Source: an uncultured Clostridia bacterium (GTDB lineage: Bacteria > Bacillota > Clostridia > TANB77 > CAG-508). From it: a stretch of 64,000 nucleotides of DNA. Both the position numbers and the translations under genes were made by a program. Below the pieces are notes generated by a model. It had not been told where the DNA came from. It saw only the letters and a program-made list of their open reading frames with translations, and searched no databases. Positions 21,006-30,308 of the stretch are shown here, one piece after another (position 1 is the first letter of the stretch; the number at the start of each line of letters is the position of its first letter). The stretch lies in the NCBI GenBank assembly GCA_963558405.1, contig CAUWGC010000010.1, positions 1-64,000 of the forward strand, read 5' to 3'.

Positions 21006-21554
21006 ATGAAAGCTTATGTATGTAAAGTGTGTGGATATGTACATTTTGGAGAGGAGGCACCAGAAAGATGTCCACAATGTGGTGCAAGTAAAGAACAATT
21101 TGTAGAAAAACAAGAAAATGGAAAAAAAGAATATGCTGATGAACACGTTATAGGTGTTGCTAAAGGTTTAGATGAAGAAATAGTAAAAGGTTTAAGAGAT
21201 AATTTTATGGGAGAATGTACAGAAGTTGGTATGTATCTTGCTATGAGTCGTCAAGCTGACCGTGAAGGGTATCCAGAAATAGCTGAAGCTTTTAAAAGAT
21301 ATGCTTGGGAAGAGGCAGAACATGCTGCTAAATTTGCAGAGTTATTAGGAGAATTAGTATATCCAGATACAAAGAAAAATGTAATGCTAAGAGCAGAAGC
21401 AGAACAAGGTGCTTGTATGGGTAAAAAAGAAATAGCTACAAGAGCAAAACAATTAGGATATGATGCTATTCATGATACAGTACATGAAATGTGCAAAGAT
21501 GAAGCAAGACATGGAAGAGGTTTTGATGGATTACTAAAAAGATATTTTGCTTAA
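21006..21554 (+). CDS. Reverse rubrerythrin (NADH peroxidase)
   Basis: N-terminal rubredoxin-like CKVCGY...CPQCG, then [24 protein letters not shown]. Confidence 0.93.
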   Translation: MKAYVCKVCGYVHFGEEAPERCPQCGASKEQFVEKQENGKKEYADEHVIGVAKGLDEEIVKGLRDNFMGECTEVGMYLAMSRQADREGYPEIAEAFKRYAWEEAEHAAKFAELLGELVYPDTKKNVMLRAEAEQGACMGKKEIATRAKQLGYDAIHDTVHEMCKDEARHGRGFDGLLKRYFA

Positions 21555-21747
21555 AAATATATAAAAAATAAATTCATATAAAAAGTATGCAGAATAAAAA
21601 AGTAATATTTTGCATACTTTTTAATTATATAGGATAGAAACTATGTATAGTATACGAAATAATTTTCGACAATATATATAAAATAGTTTACTTAATAACA
21701 ATATATCTGATATAATATATACAAATATTTTATTTAGGGGTAAAGTA

Positions 21748-22143
21748 ATGAGAGGATTTAGCAGAGAAAAACAATTAATACTAGAAAATTTACAAAACAG
21801 ATTAGACCAGCCAACTGCTGAAAAAATATTTATGGAATTAAAAAAAGAAAATCCAGAACTTACATTAAGTACTGTTCATAGAAATATAGAAGAACTTTGT
21901 GAAGAGGGAAAAATAATAAGAATACGAGCTAGAAGTGGGTCTGATAAATATGATGGAAAAAATATGCCTCATATTCATTTAACATGCGAAAAATGTGGAA
22001 GTGTTCAAGATGTATATCTTTATGAATTACAAATAAAAAGATTAGATAATGATATAAGAAAAATGTTAACAGAGGTAGGTTGTAAAGTAAATAAAGCAGT
22101 ATTGGAAGTAGAAGGAATTTGTGAAAAATGCAATAAAAAGTAA
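21748..22143 (+). CDS. Second Fur/PerR-family regulator
   Basis: STVHRNI, KYDG, HIHLTCEKCG, CEKC; paralog of 20584..20973. Confidence 0.88.
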   Translation: MRGFSREKQLILENLQNRLDQPTAEKIFMELKKENPELTLSTVHRNIEELCEEGKIIRIRARSGSDKYDGKNMPHIHLTCEKCGSVQDVYLYELQIKRLDNDIRKMLTEVGCKVNKAVLEVEGICEKCNKK

Positions 22144-22204
22144 TTAATGATATTAATAAAATAAAGATACTATTTTTTGAATTGGTGAAAATTTCCTAAA
22201 ACTA

Positions 22205-22233
22205 TTGCAATTGTTATATTTTTTTGATATAAT
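22205..22233 (+). promoter_or_regulatory. SigA promoter of rpsB-tsf
   Basis: TTGCAA-N17-TATAAT with extended -10 TG, followed by a leader of about 110 nt (CACAC...TGTGGAGG). Confidence 0.65.
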
Positions 22234-22352
22234 TATCTACGTTAAAATACGCACACAAAAATTAGTAAAAGAAGAGTGCTTGTTTTAAACAAAGCAAGTC
22301 TTTTTTTATGTTTAACTTTTTGTGGAGGAATAACTAAAAGGAGGAATTTAAA

Positions 22353-23120
22353 ATGGCAGTAGTTGCAATGAAACAATTACTAGAAGCTGGTGTACATTTT
22401 GGACACCAAACAAGAAGATGGGATCCTAAAATGGCTGAATATATTTTTCAAGCTAGAAATGGTATCCACATTATCGATTTACAAAAAACATCAAAAAAAT
22501 TAGACGAAGCATATAGCTTTGTTAAAGAACAAGCAGAAGAAGGAAAAACAGTTCTTTTTGTAGGAACAAAAAAACAAGCACAAGAGTGCATGAAAGAAGC
22601 TGCTGAAAAATGCGGTATGTACTATGTTGACCAAAGATGGTTAGGTGGAATGCTTACAAACTTTGGAACAATTCAAAAAAGAATTCAAAGATTAAAAGAC
22701 CTAGAAAAAATGAGCGAAGATGGTACTTTTGATGTACTACCTAAAAAAGAAGTAATTGGTCTTAAAAAAGAAATGGCTAAATTAGAAACAAATCTTGGTG
22801 GAATTAAAGATATGCAAGAACTACCAGGAATGTTATTTGTTGTAGATCCTAAAAAAGAAAGAATTGCTATCTTAGAAGCTAAAAAATTAGGTATACCAGT
22901 AGTTGGTTTAATTGATACAAACTGTAATCCAGAAGATGTTGATTATCCAATTCCAGGTAACGATGATGCTATTCGTGCTGTTAAATTAATTGCAGATGTA
23001 ATGGCAAATGCTGTTATCGAAGGAAAACAAGGTGAAAGTTTTGAAAATGTAGAAGAACAAGCTACAGAAACAGAAGAACCAGAAAGCATTGAAGAAGTTG
23101 TTGAAGCTTCAGAAGAATAA
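22353..23120 (+). CDS. rpsB: 30S ribosomal protein S2
   Basis: [27 protein letters not shown]. Confidence 0.98.
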   Translation: MAVVAMKQLLEAGVHFGHQTRRWDPKMAEYIFQARNGIHIIDLQKTSKKLDEAYSFVKEQAEEGKTVLFVGTKKQAQECMKEAAEKCGMYYVDQRWLGGMLTNFGTIQKRIQRLKDLEKMSEDGTFDVLPKKEVIGLKKEMAKLETNLGGIKDMQELPGMLFVVDPKKERIAILEAKKLGIPVVGLIDTNCNPEDVDYPIPGNDDAIRAVKLIADVMANAVIEGKQGESFENVEEQATETEEPESIEEVVEASEE

Positions 23121-23190
23121 AATAAAAAGTAACAAGGAGCAAGAGCGCTTTTGCTCTAGTTCCTTTTTTAAATTTTAAGGAGGAATAAAA

Positions 23191-24069
23191 ATGATTACTG
23201 CAAGTCAAGTAAAAGATTTAAGAGAAAAAACTGGTGCAGGAATGATGGACTGCAAAAAAGTATTAACAGAAACAGATGGCGACATGGAAAAAGCAATGGA
23301 ACTATTAAGAGAAAGAGGAATTACAAAAGCTGCTAAAAAATCAGAACGTATTGCAGCAGAAGGATTAGTAGAATGCTATGTAACAGAAGACGGAAAAGTT
23401 GGTGCTGTTGTAGAAGTTAATGCAGAAACAGACTTTGTTGCTAAAAACGAAGAATTCAAATCTTTTGTAGCAGGTGTTGCAAAACAAGTTGCTTTAAATA
23501 ATCCAAAAGATGTTGAAGAATTATTAAATCAAAAATCAATTGTAGAACCTGACAAAACTGTATCAGAAGTTTTAACAAATAAAATAGCTACTATTGGTGA
23601 AAATATGCATATTAGAAGATTTGTAAGATTAGAATCTAATGGATTAGTAGAAAAATATATCCATGGAGAAGGTAAAATTGGTGTATTAGTAGCAATGGAA
23701 AATGGTGATTCTACTTTAGCAAAAGATATTTGTATGCAAATTGCAGCAGCAAGACCTGAATATTTAAATAGAGAAGCTGTACCACAAGAAAAAGTAGAAA
23801 AAGAAATGGAAATACTAAAAGCACAAGCTATGAATGAAGGAAAACCAGAACAAATTGCAGAAAAAATGGTACAAGGTAGAATTGGAAAATTCTATTCTGA
23901 AATTTGTTTATTAGAACAAGAATTTGTTAAAGATCCAGATATGAAAATTAACAAATTATTAGAATCAAAAGGTGCTACAGTTACAAACTTTGCAAGATTA
24001 GAAAAAGGTGAAGGATTAGAGAAAAAAGAAGAAAATTTTGCAGAAGAAGTAATGAAACAAATTAAATAA
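23191..24069 (+). CDS. tsf: Elongation factor Ts
   Basis: [26 protein letters not shown]. Confidence 0.98.
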   Translation: MITASQVKDLREKTGAGMMDCKKVLTETDGDMEKAMELLRERGITKAAKKSERIAAEGLVECYVTEDGKVGAVVEVNAETDFVAKNEEFKSFVAGVAKQVALNNPKDVEELLNQKSIVEPDKTVSEVLTNKIATIGENMHIRRFVRLESNGLVEKYIHGEGKIGVLVAMENGDSTLAKDICMQIAAARPEYLNREAVPQEKVEKEMEILKAQAMNEGKPEQIAEKMVQGRIGKFYSEICLLEQEFVKDPDMKINKLLESKGATVTNFARLEKGEGLEKKEENFAEEVMKQIK

Positions 24070-24158
24070 AAATATTATTAAAAAAATATTAAAAAAAAGC
24101 TAAAAAGGTTGTCCTTTATAGCTTTTTTTTGATATAATGCTATTGTAAAATTAGTTAG

Positions 24159-24905
24159 GTGGTGATTTTTTTGATATTAAAAACAATTACTTTTAATATA
24201 TGCCATGGACAAGGTTTAGATGGAAAAGTTGATGTTAAAAGACAAGCAAGACAATTAAGAAAATATAAACCAGATATTGTTTTTTTACAAGAGGTAGATA
24301 TGTATACAAAACGTTCTAATTATTCAAACGAAATTAGACTTTTTGGAAAAGAAATAGGACTTCCATATTCTTCTATGGAAAGTAATATAACTTTAGAAGA
24401 CGGATTTTATGGTGATGGAATTGTTTCTAGATTCCCAATTTCTTTTTCTGTAAATTATATTATGCCACTTGCTATAAAAGATAGTGAACAAAGAGGAATT
24501 TTACGTAATAAAATTTCTTTTGGAACAACAAAATTAAATTTGTTTTCCGTTCATTTATCTACACATGAAAATGAAAGAATTATGTCAGCAAATGAAATTA
24601 TGAAAATTATTAATAAAATAAATGATAATTCTGCAATTATTGTAGCAGGGGATTTTAATGTAGGAGTTACAAGACTTGGAAAAGGTAAATATAAATATGA
24701 ACCAAAAGAAAAATTTGAGGAATATGAAATATTAGGAGAAAAATTAAAGAAAATAAATAATAAAGAATTAACATGGTTTTCTGATTATGGAAATGCTTGT
24801 ATAGATACAATGTTTTATTCTGATAATATAAAACTTGTAAAATATAAAACTATAAAAACCGAATATTCAGACCATAGTGCTGTTTATGCAGAATTTGATA
24901 TTTAA
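24159..24905 (+). CDS. Endonuclease/exonuclease/phosphatase family protein
   Basis: TFNI, DIVFLQEVD, AGDFN, IDTMF, SDH; the start may be TTG 24171. Confidence 0.88.
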   Translation: MVIFLILKTITFNICHGQGLDGKVDVKRQARQLRKYKPDIVFLQEVDMYTKRSNYSNEIRLFGKEIGLPYSSMESNITLEDGFYGDGIVSRFPISFSVNYIMPLAIKDSEQRGILRNKISFGTTKLNLFSVHLSTHENERIMSANEIMKIINKINDNSAIIVAGDFNVGVTRLGKGKYKYEPKEKFEEYEILGEKLKKINNKELTWFSDYGNACIDTMFYSDNIKLVKYKTIKTEYSDHSAVYAEFDI

Positions 24906-24921
24906 GGAGAGGGTAATAAAG

Positions 24922-26583
24922 ATGAATTCAAAAATAAAAACAACATTTAATATTGTAGCAATTATTTCAATAATATTATTTTGTTTTTCTATATGTCCGG
25001 TAACACTTCAAAATGATACTTTTTATACAATAAAAGTAGGGGAGCATATAGTTAAAAATGGAATTGATATGCAAGATCCATTTTCATGGCATGAGGGATT
25101 AGCATATACTTATCCGCATTGGTTATATGACGTAGGAATTTACCTTATATATCAAGCAGGTGGAATGCTTGGAATATATTTTTCTACAATTATACTTGCT
25201 TGCATTCTAGGAATTGTAATATATTTAGTAAATTGTAAATTAAGTAAAAATCAATTAATATCATTTATAATGACATTAATTGTTATGTATTTATTAAAAA
25301 ACTTTATAGCAGCTAGAGCACAATTGGTAACATTTATTTTATTTGCTCTTACAATATTATGTATTGAAAAATATTTAGATACAAAGAAAAAAAGATATGC
25401 TATTGCACTTATTATTATACCAATCTTAATTGCTAATCTACATTGTGCAGTATGGCCATTCTATTTTATAATATATTTACCATATATTGTTGAATATATT
25501 ATATCAGTTATTTCAGAATCAAATTTTGGAAAGAAATTTCAAATATGGAATAATAAAAGAAAAATAAAAAAAGCTATAAAAAAACAGCAAAATGATAAAG
25601 CAGAAGAATACATTAAAAAAATTGGAGAGCTTGAAGATAAAATAGAAAAAGCAAATGATAATAGATTAAAAAGAAGAAGAGAGCCATATCGTTTAATAAT
25701 AGAAAGAAAAGATGCTGCAAAAGGATTAATAATTATTTTTATCATATGTATTTTTACAGGTTTATTAACACCACTTCATGGAACACCATATACTTATTTA
25801 TATGATACAATGCAAGGAAATACTACTAAAAGTATTAATGAACATCAGCCATTAACACTAATAAATGATAAAGAACTTATGGTACTTATTGTTGTAATGT
25901 TAGCTATTTTAATATTTACAGATACTAAAATACATTTACGTGATTTATTTATGCTAGGTGGGTTATTACTTATGACTTTTATGAGTCAAAGACAAATGTC
26001 TATGTTCTACATTATAGGTGGATTTGTTATAACTAGATTAATTGTTGCCATTTGTGATAAATATGATAAAGAAGGAACAGAAATGGTAATAAAATTTATT
26101 GTATCATTACCAGGAAAAATATTATTACTTGCATTTATTACTGTACTAAGCTTATATTTCTTAAGACAAGTAAGAAATGATGAATTTATTAATGATTATT
26201 CTTATCCAGTAGCAGCTGCAGATTATATTTTAGAAAATCTTGATGTTAATAATATTAAATTATATAACGAATATAATTATGGAAGTTATTTGATTTTTAG
26301 AGGAATACCTGTATTTATTGATTCAAGAGCAGATTTATATGCACCAGAATTTAATAAAAAAGGATTTGAAGACGGAGAGGGAAAGGATATATTTTCAGAT
26401 TATATTAATATTTCTTCAATTGGAACTTATTATGAAACTAAATTTGAACAATATGGAATTACACATTTAATTATGTATAAAAATGCAAAATTAAATATGT
26501 TTATATCAAGAGATGAAAACTATAATGAAATATATTCAGATGACCGTTTTGTTATATATGAAAGATTAAATACAGAAGATTAG
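24922..26583 (+). CDS. Multi-pass membrane protein, GT-C glycosyltransferase-like
   Basis: Many TM segments; DTFYTIKVGEHI..DPFSW..HWLYD loop and YNYGSYLIF...FIDSRADLY; ATG 24922 after AAGGAG. Confidence 0.6.
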   Translation: MNSKIKTTFNIVAIISIILFCFSICPVTLQNDTFYTIKVGEHIVKNGIDMQDPFSWHEGLAYTYPHWLYDVGIYLIYQAGGMLGIYFSTIILACILGIVIYLVNCKLSKNQLISFIMTLIVMYLLKNFIAARAQLVTFILFALTILCIEKYLDTKKKRYAIALIIIPILIANLHCAVWPFYFIIYLPYIVEYIISVISESNFGKKFQIWNNKRKIKKAIKKQQNDKAEEYIKKIGELEDKIEKANDNRLKRRREPYRLIIERKDAAKGLIIIFIICIFTGLLTPLHGTPYTYLYDTMQGNTTKSINEHQPLTLINDKELMVLIVVMLAILIFTDTKIHLRDLFMLGGLLLMTFMSQRQMSMFYIIGGFVITRLIVAICDKYDKEGTEMVIKFIVSLPGKILLLAFITVLSLYFLRQVRNDEFINDYSYPVAAADYILENLDVNNIKLYNEYNYGSYLIFRGIPVFIDSRADLYAPEFNKKGFEDGEGKDIFSDYINISSIGTYYETKFEQYGITHLIMYKNAKLNMFISRDENYNEIYSDDRFVIYERLNTED

Positions 26584-26644
26584 AAAAAAAGAGAAGAATA
26601 AAAAATTATTCTTCTCTTAAAGTTAAATAAGAAAAGAGAAAAAA

Positions 26645-27136
26645 ATGAATAAAATATTAGCAAAAATAAAGAAATATTGGATTTTTATAATAATTATATT
26701 GTTTATTTTAATTGACCAAATTACAAAAAATATGATTATTAAAATAATAGAGAAAAAAAGTATTTTAATTATTTCAGAATTTATTAAATTAGAATTAGTA
26801 AAAAACTCTGGAGGTGCTTTTGGCATTGGAGAAGGCAATATTACAATGTTTATTATAACTAACTTTATTGTTTTAGGAGTTATTATTCGTTTTCTAATAA
26901 CACAAAAAGACCAAATGGACCAAAAAACTAAAATTGTACTTAGTATTATTTTATCTGGTGGATTTAGTAATTTAATAGATAGAATATTAAGAGGATATGT
27001 TGTAGACTATGTAAAAATAGGTGAATTTCCTGTGTTTAATATAGCAGATTGTTTAATAGTAATTGGATGGATTTCTTTTTGTCTTATTACAGCAAAATAT
27101 ACATGGGGAGAAATAAAGAAAAGGAAAGAAGAATAA
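26645..27136 (+). CDS. lspA: Lipoprotein signal peptidase II
   Basis: DQITK, NSGGAFG, SNLIDRILRGYVVDY, PVFNIAD. Confidence 0.93.
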   Translation: MNKILAKIKKYWIFIIIILFILIDQITKNMIIKIIEKKSILIISEFIKLELVKNSGGAFGIGEGNITMFIITNFIVLGVIIRFLITQKDQMDQKTKIVLSIILSGGFSNLIDRILRGYVVDYVKIGEFPVFNIADCLIVIGWISFCLITAKYTWGEIKKRKEE

Positions 27137-27139
27137 AAT

Positions 27140-28076
27140 ATGAAAAAAATAGTTGTACAAGAAAATGGAAAAAGGTTAGATGCTTATCTTCATGAACAAA
27201 TACCAGATTTATCTAGAACCATGATTAAGAAAATGTTAGAACAAGGCAATATCATGGTAAATAAAAAAAATGTAAAACCTTCATATATTGTAAAAATACA
27301 AGATGAAATTGAAGTACAAGAGATAGAATTAAAAGAAACAGATTTAAAACCACAAGAAATTCCTCTTGAAATACTTTATGAAGATTCAGATATATTGGTA
27401 ATAAATAAACCAAAAGGAATGGTAGTTCATCCAGGGAATGGAAATCCAGAAGGTACATTGGTAAATGCTGTTCTTGCATATTGCAAAGAAAGTTTATCTG
27501 GAATTGGTGGAGAGATAAGGCCACGGAATTGTACATAGGTTAGATAAAGATACTTCTGGAGTAATCATTGTTGCTAAAAATGATAAAGCTCATATATGTA
27601 TCAGTAATCAAATAAAGAACCATGAAACTAAAAAAACATATTTAGCAATGGTAAGGGGAATAGTAAAGGAAAATAATGCTACTATCCATATGCCTATAGG
27701 AAGAAGTACAAAAGATAGAGTAAAAATGGCAGTTGTAAAAAGTGGAAAAGATGCTATTACACATTTTAAGGTATTAGAAAGATATTCAAGCAATACTCTT
27801 TTACAAGTTGTAATAGAAACAGGTAGAACTCATCAAATTAGAGTACATATGGCAGAAATTGGACATCCAGTTATAGGTGATAGTGTTTATTCTAATGGTA
27901 AAAATGAATATAATGTAGAAGGGCAAATGTTACATGCTTGGAAAATAGAATTTAGATTGCCTAAAAATGGAGAAAAAATGGAAATAGTAGCACCTATTCC
28001 AGAATATTTTAAAAAAATAATAGAAAGTGAAGAAAAAAAGAATGGAAGAGATACGATTACAGAAATATTTAGCTGA
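27140..28076 (+). CDS. rluD: RluA-family (RluD-like) pseudouridine synthase, 311 aa when joined at CGG 27524
   Basis: S4 domain and NKPKGMVVHP in frame 0. After the +1 shift: IRP-G-IVHRLDKDTSG (catalytic Asp), ETGRTHQIRVH, GDSVY, QMLHA. Confidence 0.88.
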
Positions 28077-28776
28077 AAATGGAGTTGCATCAAGACGAAA
28101 ATGTGAAGAATACATTTTAGAGGGAAGAATAAAAGTTAATAATAAAATAGTAGATACATTGGGAACAAAAATAATACCTAATAAAGATATAATTGAATTT
28201 GATGGAAAACCTATAGAAAACAATAAAAAGGAAAAAGTATATATTTTATTAAATAAACCTATTGGCTATGTAACAACAGCTAAAGATCAATTTGGAAGAG
28301 ATACAGTACTGGATTTAATAAAAGGAATAAAAACAAGGATTGTTCCTGTTGGAAGACTTGATATGTATACATCAGGTGCACTTATTCTTACAAATGATGG
28401 AGAATTTGTAAATATTATTACACATCCTAGTAACGAAGTTGAAAAAACATATACTGTAACATTAAAAGGAATTGTAACAAAGGAAGAAGTACAAAAATTA
28501 GAAAATGGAGTAGAAATAGAAGATTATAAAACAAAACCAGCAAGGGTGAAAATACTAAAAACAGATTTAGAAAAAAATATATCAAGATTAGAAATAAAAA
28601 TACATGAAGGTAAAAATAGACAAGTAAGAAAAATGTGTGAAGCTATAGATAAAAAAGTTTTAGCATTGCATCGTTCTCAAATAGGAAAAATAGGTGTAAA
28701 AGATTTAAAAATAGGAACATGGAGATATCTAAACCAAAAAGAAGTTAATAGTCTTATAAAAAAAGATTGTAAATAA
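28042..28776 (+). CDS. rluB: RsuA-family pseudouridine synthase (RluB-like)
   Basis: RLQKYLAENGVASRR, LNKPIGY, PVGRLD, EGKNRQVRKM. Confidence 0.88.
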   Translation: MEEIRLQKYLAENGVASRRKCEEYILEGRIKVNNKIVDTLGTKIIPNKDIIEFDGKPIENNKKEKVYILLNKPIGYVTTAKDQFGRDTVLDLIKGIKTRIVPVGRLDMYTSGALILTNDGEFVNIITHPSNEVEKTYTVTLKGIVTKEEVQKLENGVEIEDYKTKPARVKILKTDLEKNISRLEIKIHEGKNRQVRKMCEAIDKKVLALHRSQIGKIGVKDLKIGTWRYLNQKEVNSLIKKDCK

Positions 28777-28827
28777 ATATAAAAAGGAATATAATAAAAA
28801 AGAACAAATGATTAGGAGAAACAAAAG

Positions 28828-29307
28828 ATGATAGAAAAAAAATTTATTAATGATGATTTGATTCCAGGAAGTATTGTAAATGGAACTGTTAAAAACATAA
28901 AACCATATGGAACATTTATTGAGATAGATGAAGGAATTGTGGGATTATTACACATAGAGGATACTTCTGTATCTAGAATAAAGACACCTTTTGAAAGATT
29001 TGAAATTGGACAAAAAACAAAAGTTATGATAAAATCAATAGATAGGGAACATAATAGAATATCTCTTACTTATAAAGAATTACTAGGTTCATGGGAAGAA
29101 AATATTAAAGAATATAAAGAGGGAATGGTAGTAAGAGGTATTGCAAGAGACCTAGAAAAACAAAAAAATGGAATTTTTGTTGAGCTTAAACCAAATTTAG
29201 TCGGGTTAGCTGAATATAAAGATAATATTAAATATGGACAAGAATTAAATGTATATATAAAAAAGATAATACCAGAAAAAAAGAAAATTAAATTAATAAT
29301 AAAATAA
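28828..29307 (+). CDS. Tandem S1 RNA-binding domain protein
   Basis: GTVKNIKPYGTFIE...GLLHI...RISLT plus a second degenerate S1 repeat. Confidence 0.8.
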   Translation: MIEKKFINDDLIPGSIVNGTVKNIKPYGTFIEIDEGIVGLLHIEDTSVSRIKTPFERFEIGQKTKVMIKSIDREHNRISLTYKELLGSWEENIKEYKEGMVVRGIARDLEKQKNGIFVELKPNLVGLAEYKDNIKYGQELNVYIKKIIPEKKKIKLIIK

Positions 29308-29323
29308 ACAAGGAGGAAATTTT

Positions 29324-30265
29324 ATGGTAGAAGATAACGAAATTAAAGCAACGGTATCACCTTTTGCAATTAGAGAAGGAGAAATTAAGACTTTTGATGG
29401 AAAAGATGGATATGTTTCTATGAACCAAATAATGCAAAGAATTAATGCTGGACATATTAATGATTTACACTTTGCAATTATGGAAATTGTAAATGAATTT
29501 GAATTTATAACTTCTAGACAGTTATACCAAATTCTAGAATGGAAAGGTTTTGATGTAAAATCTCAAGATAAATTAAATAATAAATTAGAGCAACTTATAA
29601 AGTCTAAAATTTTAACAAGATATTATTTTAATTCAGAAGATGGAAAAGGAATTTATCGTATTTATTGTTTGGAAAAAATGGGAAAATATTTATTAACTTC
29701 AAGAGAAATAGAATGTAAGTGGCAACCAACAGATAATGCAAAACCTGTTTCTATGATTAAAAAGAGATTAGCTGGAAATCAAACAATTATTGCATATTTA
29801 AGAAAAGTAAAAGCATTTAATTCTTATACCGTAAAACCAGCAATTACAGCTAAAATGGCTGGTAAAGTATTTAAAGCATCAGGTGGAGTAAGATTAACTA
29901 AGAATAATAAATCTATTGATTTTATATTTGAGGTAGTAAGAAGAGAAGAAAATTGGGAAAAGAAATTTGTTGATAAAATGAGATTATATAAAGATTTTTA
30001 TGAAAACTTTATTACTATGGATTCTGGATTTCAAAATATGCCACAACTTATATTTATTTGTGAAGATGAAAAACATATGGCAGAAACTTTTAAAACTATA
30101 GTAATAAATCAAATGGAAATTCAACAAATAAAATTATATTACTCTACAGATTTAAGACAAAACAAAGAATCTTTAACAGATACTTTAGTAGAATTTGTAT
30201 TAGATAAAGAAACAAATAAGTATAAGTTACAAAGTGTGGAGTTAAAATTATTAGACATCGAATAA
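29324..30265 (+). CDS. Replication-relaxation-like protein (wHTH plus PD-(D/E)xK-like fold)
   Basis: FITSRQLYQIL...LEQLIKSKILTR...IYCLEKMG (wHTH) and FEVVR...KMRLY...PQLIFIC patterns, recognised from memory and not searched. Confidence 0.55.
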   Translation: MVEDNEIKATVSPFAIREGEIKTFDGKDGYVSMNQIMQRINAGHINDLHFAIMEIVNEFEFITSRQLYQILEWKGFDVKSQDKLNNKLEQLIKSKILTRYYFNSEDGKGIYRIYCLEKMGKYLLTSREIECKWQPTDNAKPVSMIKKRLAGNQTIIAYLRKVKAFNSYTVKPAITAKMAGKVFKASGGVRLTKNNKSIDFIFEVVRREENWEKKFVDKMRLYKDFYENFITMDSGFQNMPQLIFICEDEKHMAETFKTIVINQMEIQQIKLYYSTDLRQNKESLTDTLVEFVLDKETNKYKLQSVELKLLDIE

Positions 30266-30272
30266 CTTGTAG

Positions 30273-30308
30273 TAAATAAAAAAGAGGTTTATACCTCTTT
30301 TTTATTTA
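30273..30308. terminator. Bidirectional terminator between the relaxase-like and VirD4-like genes
   Basis: TAAATAAAAAAGAGGT/ACCTCTTTTTTATTTA. Confidence 0.85.
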
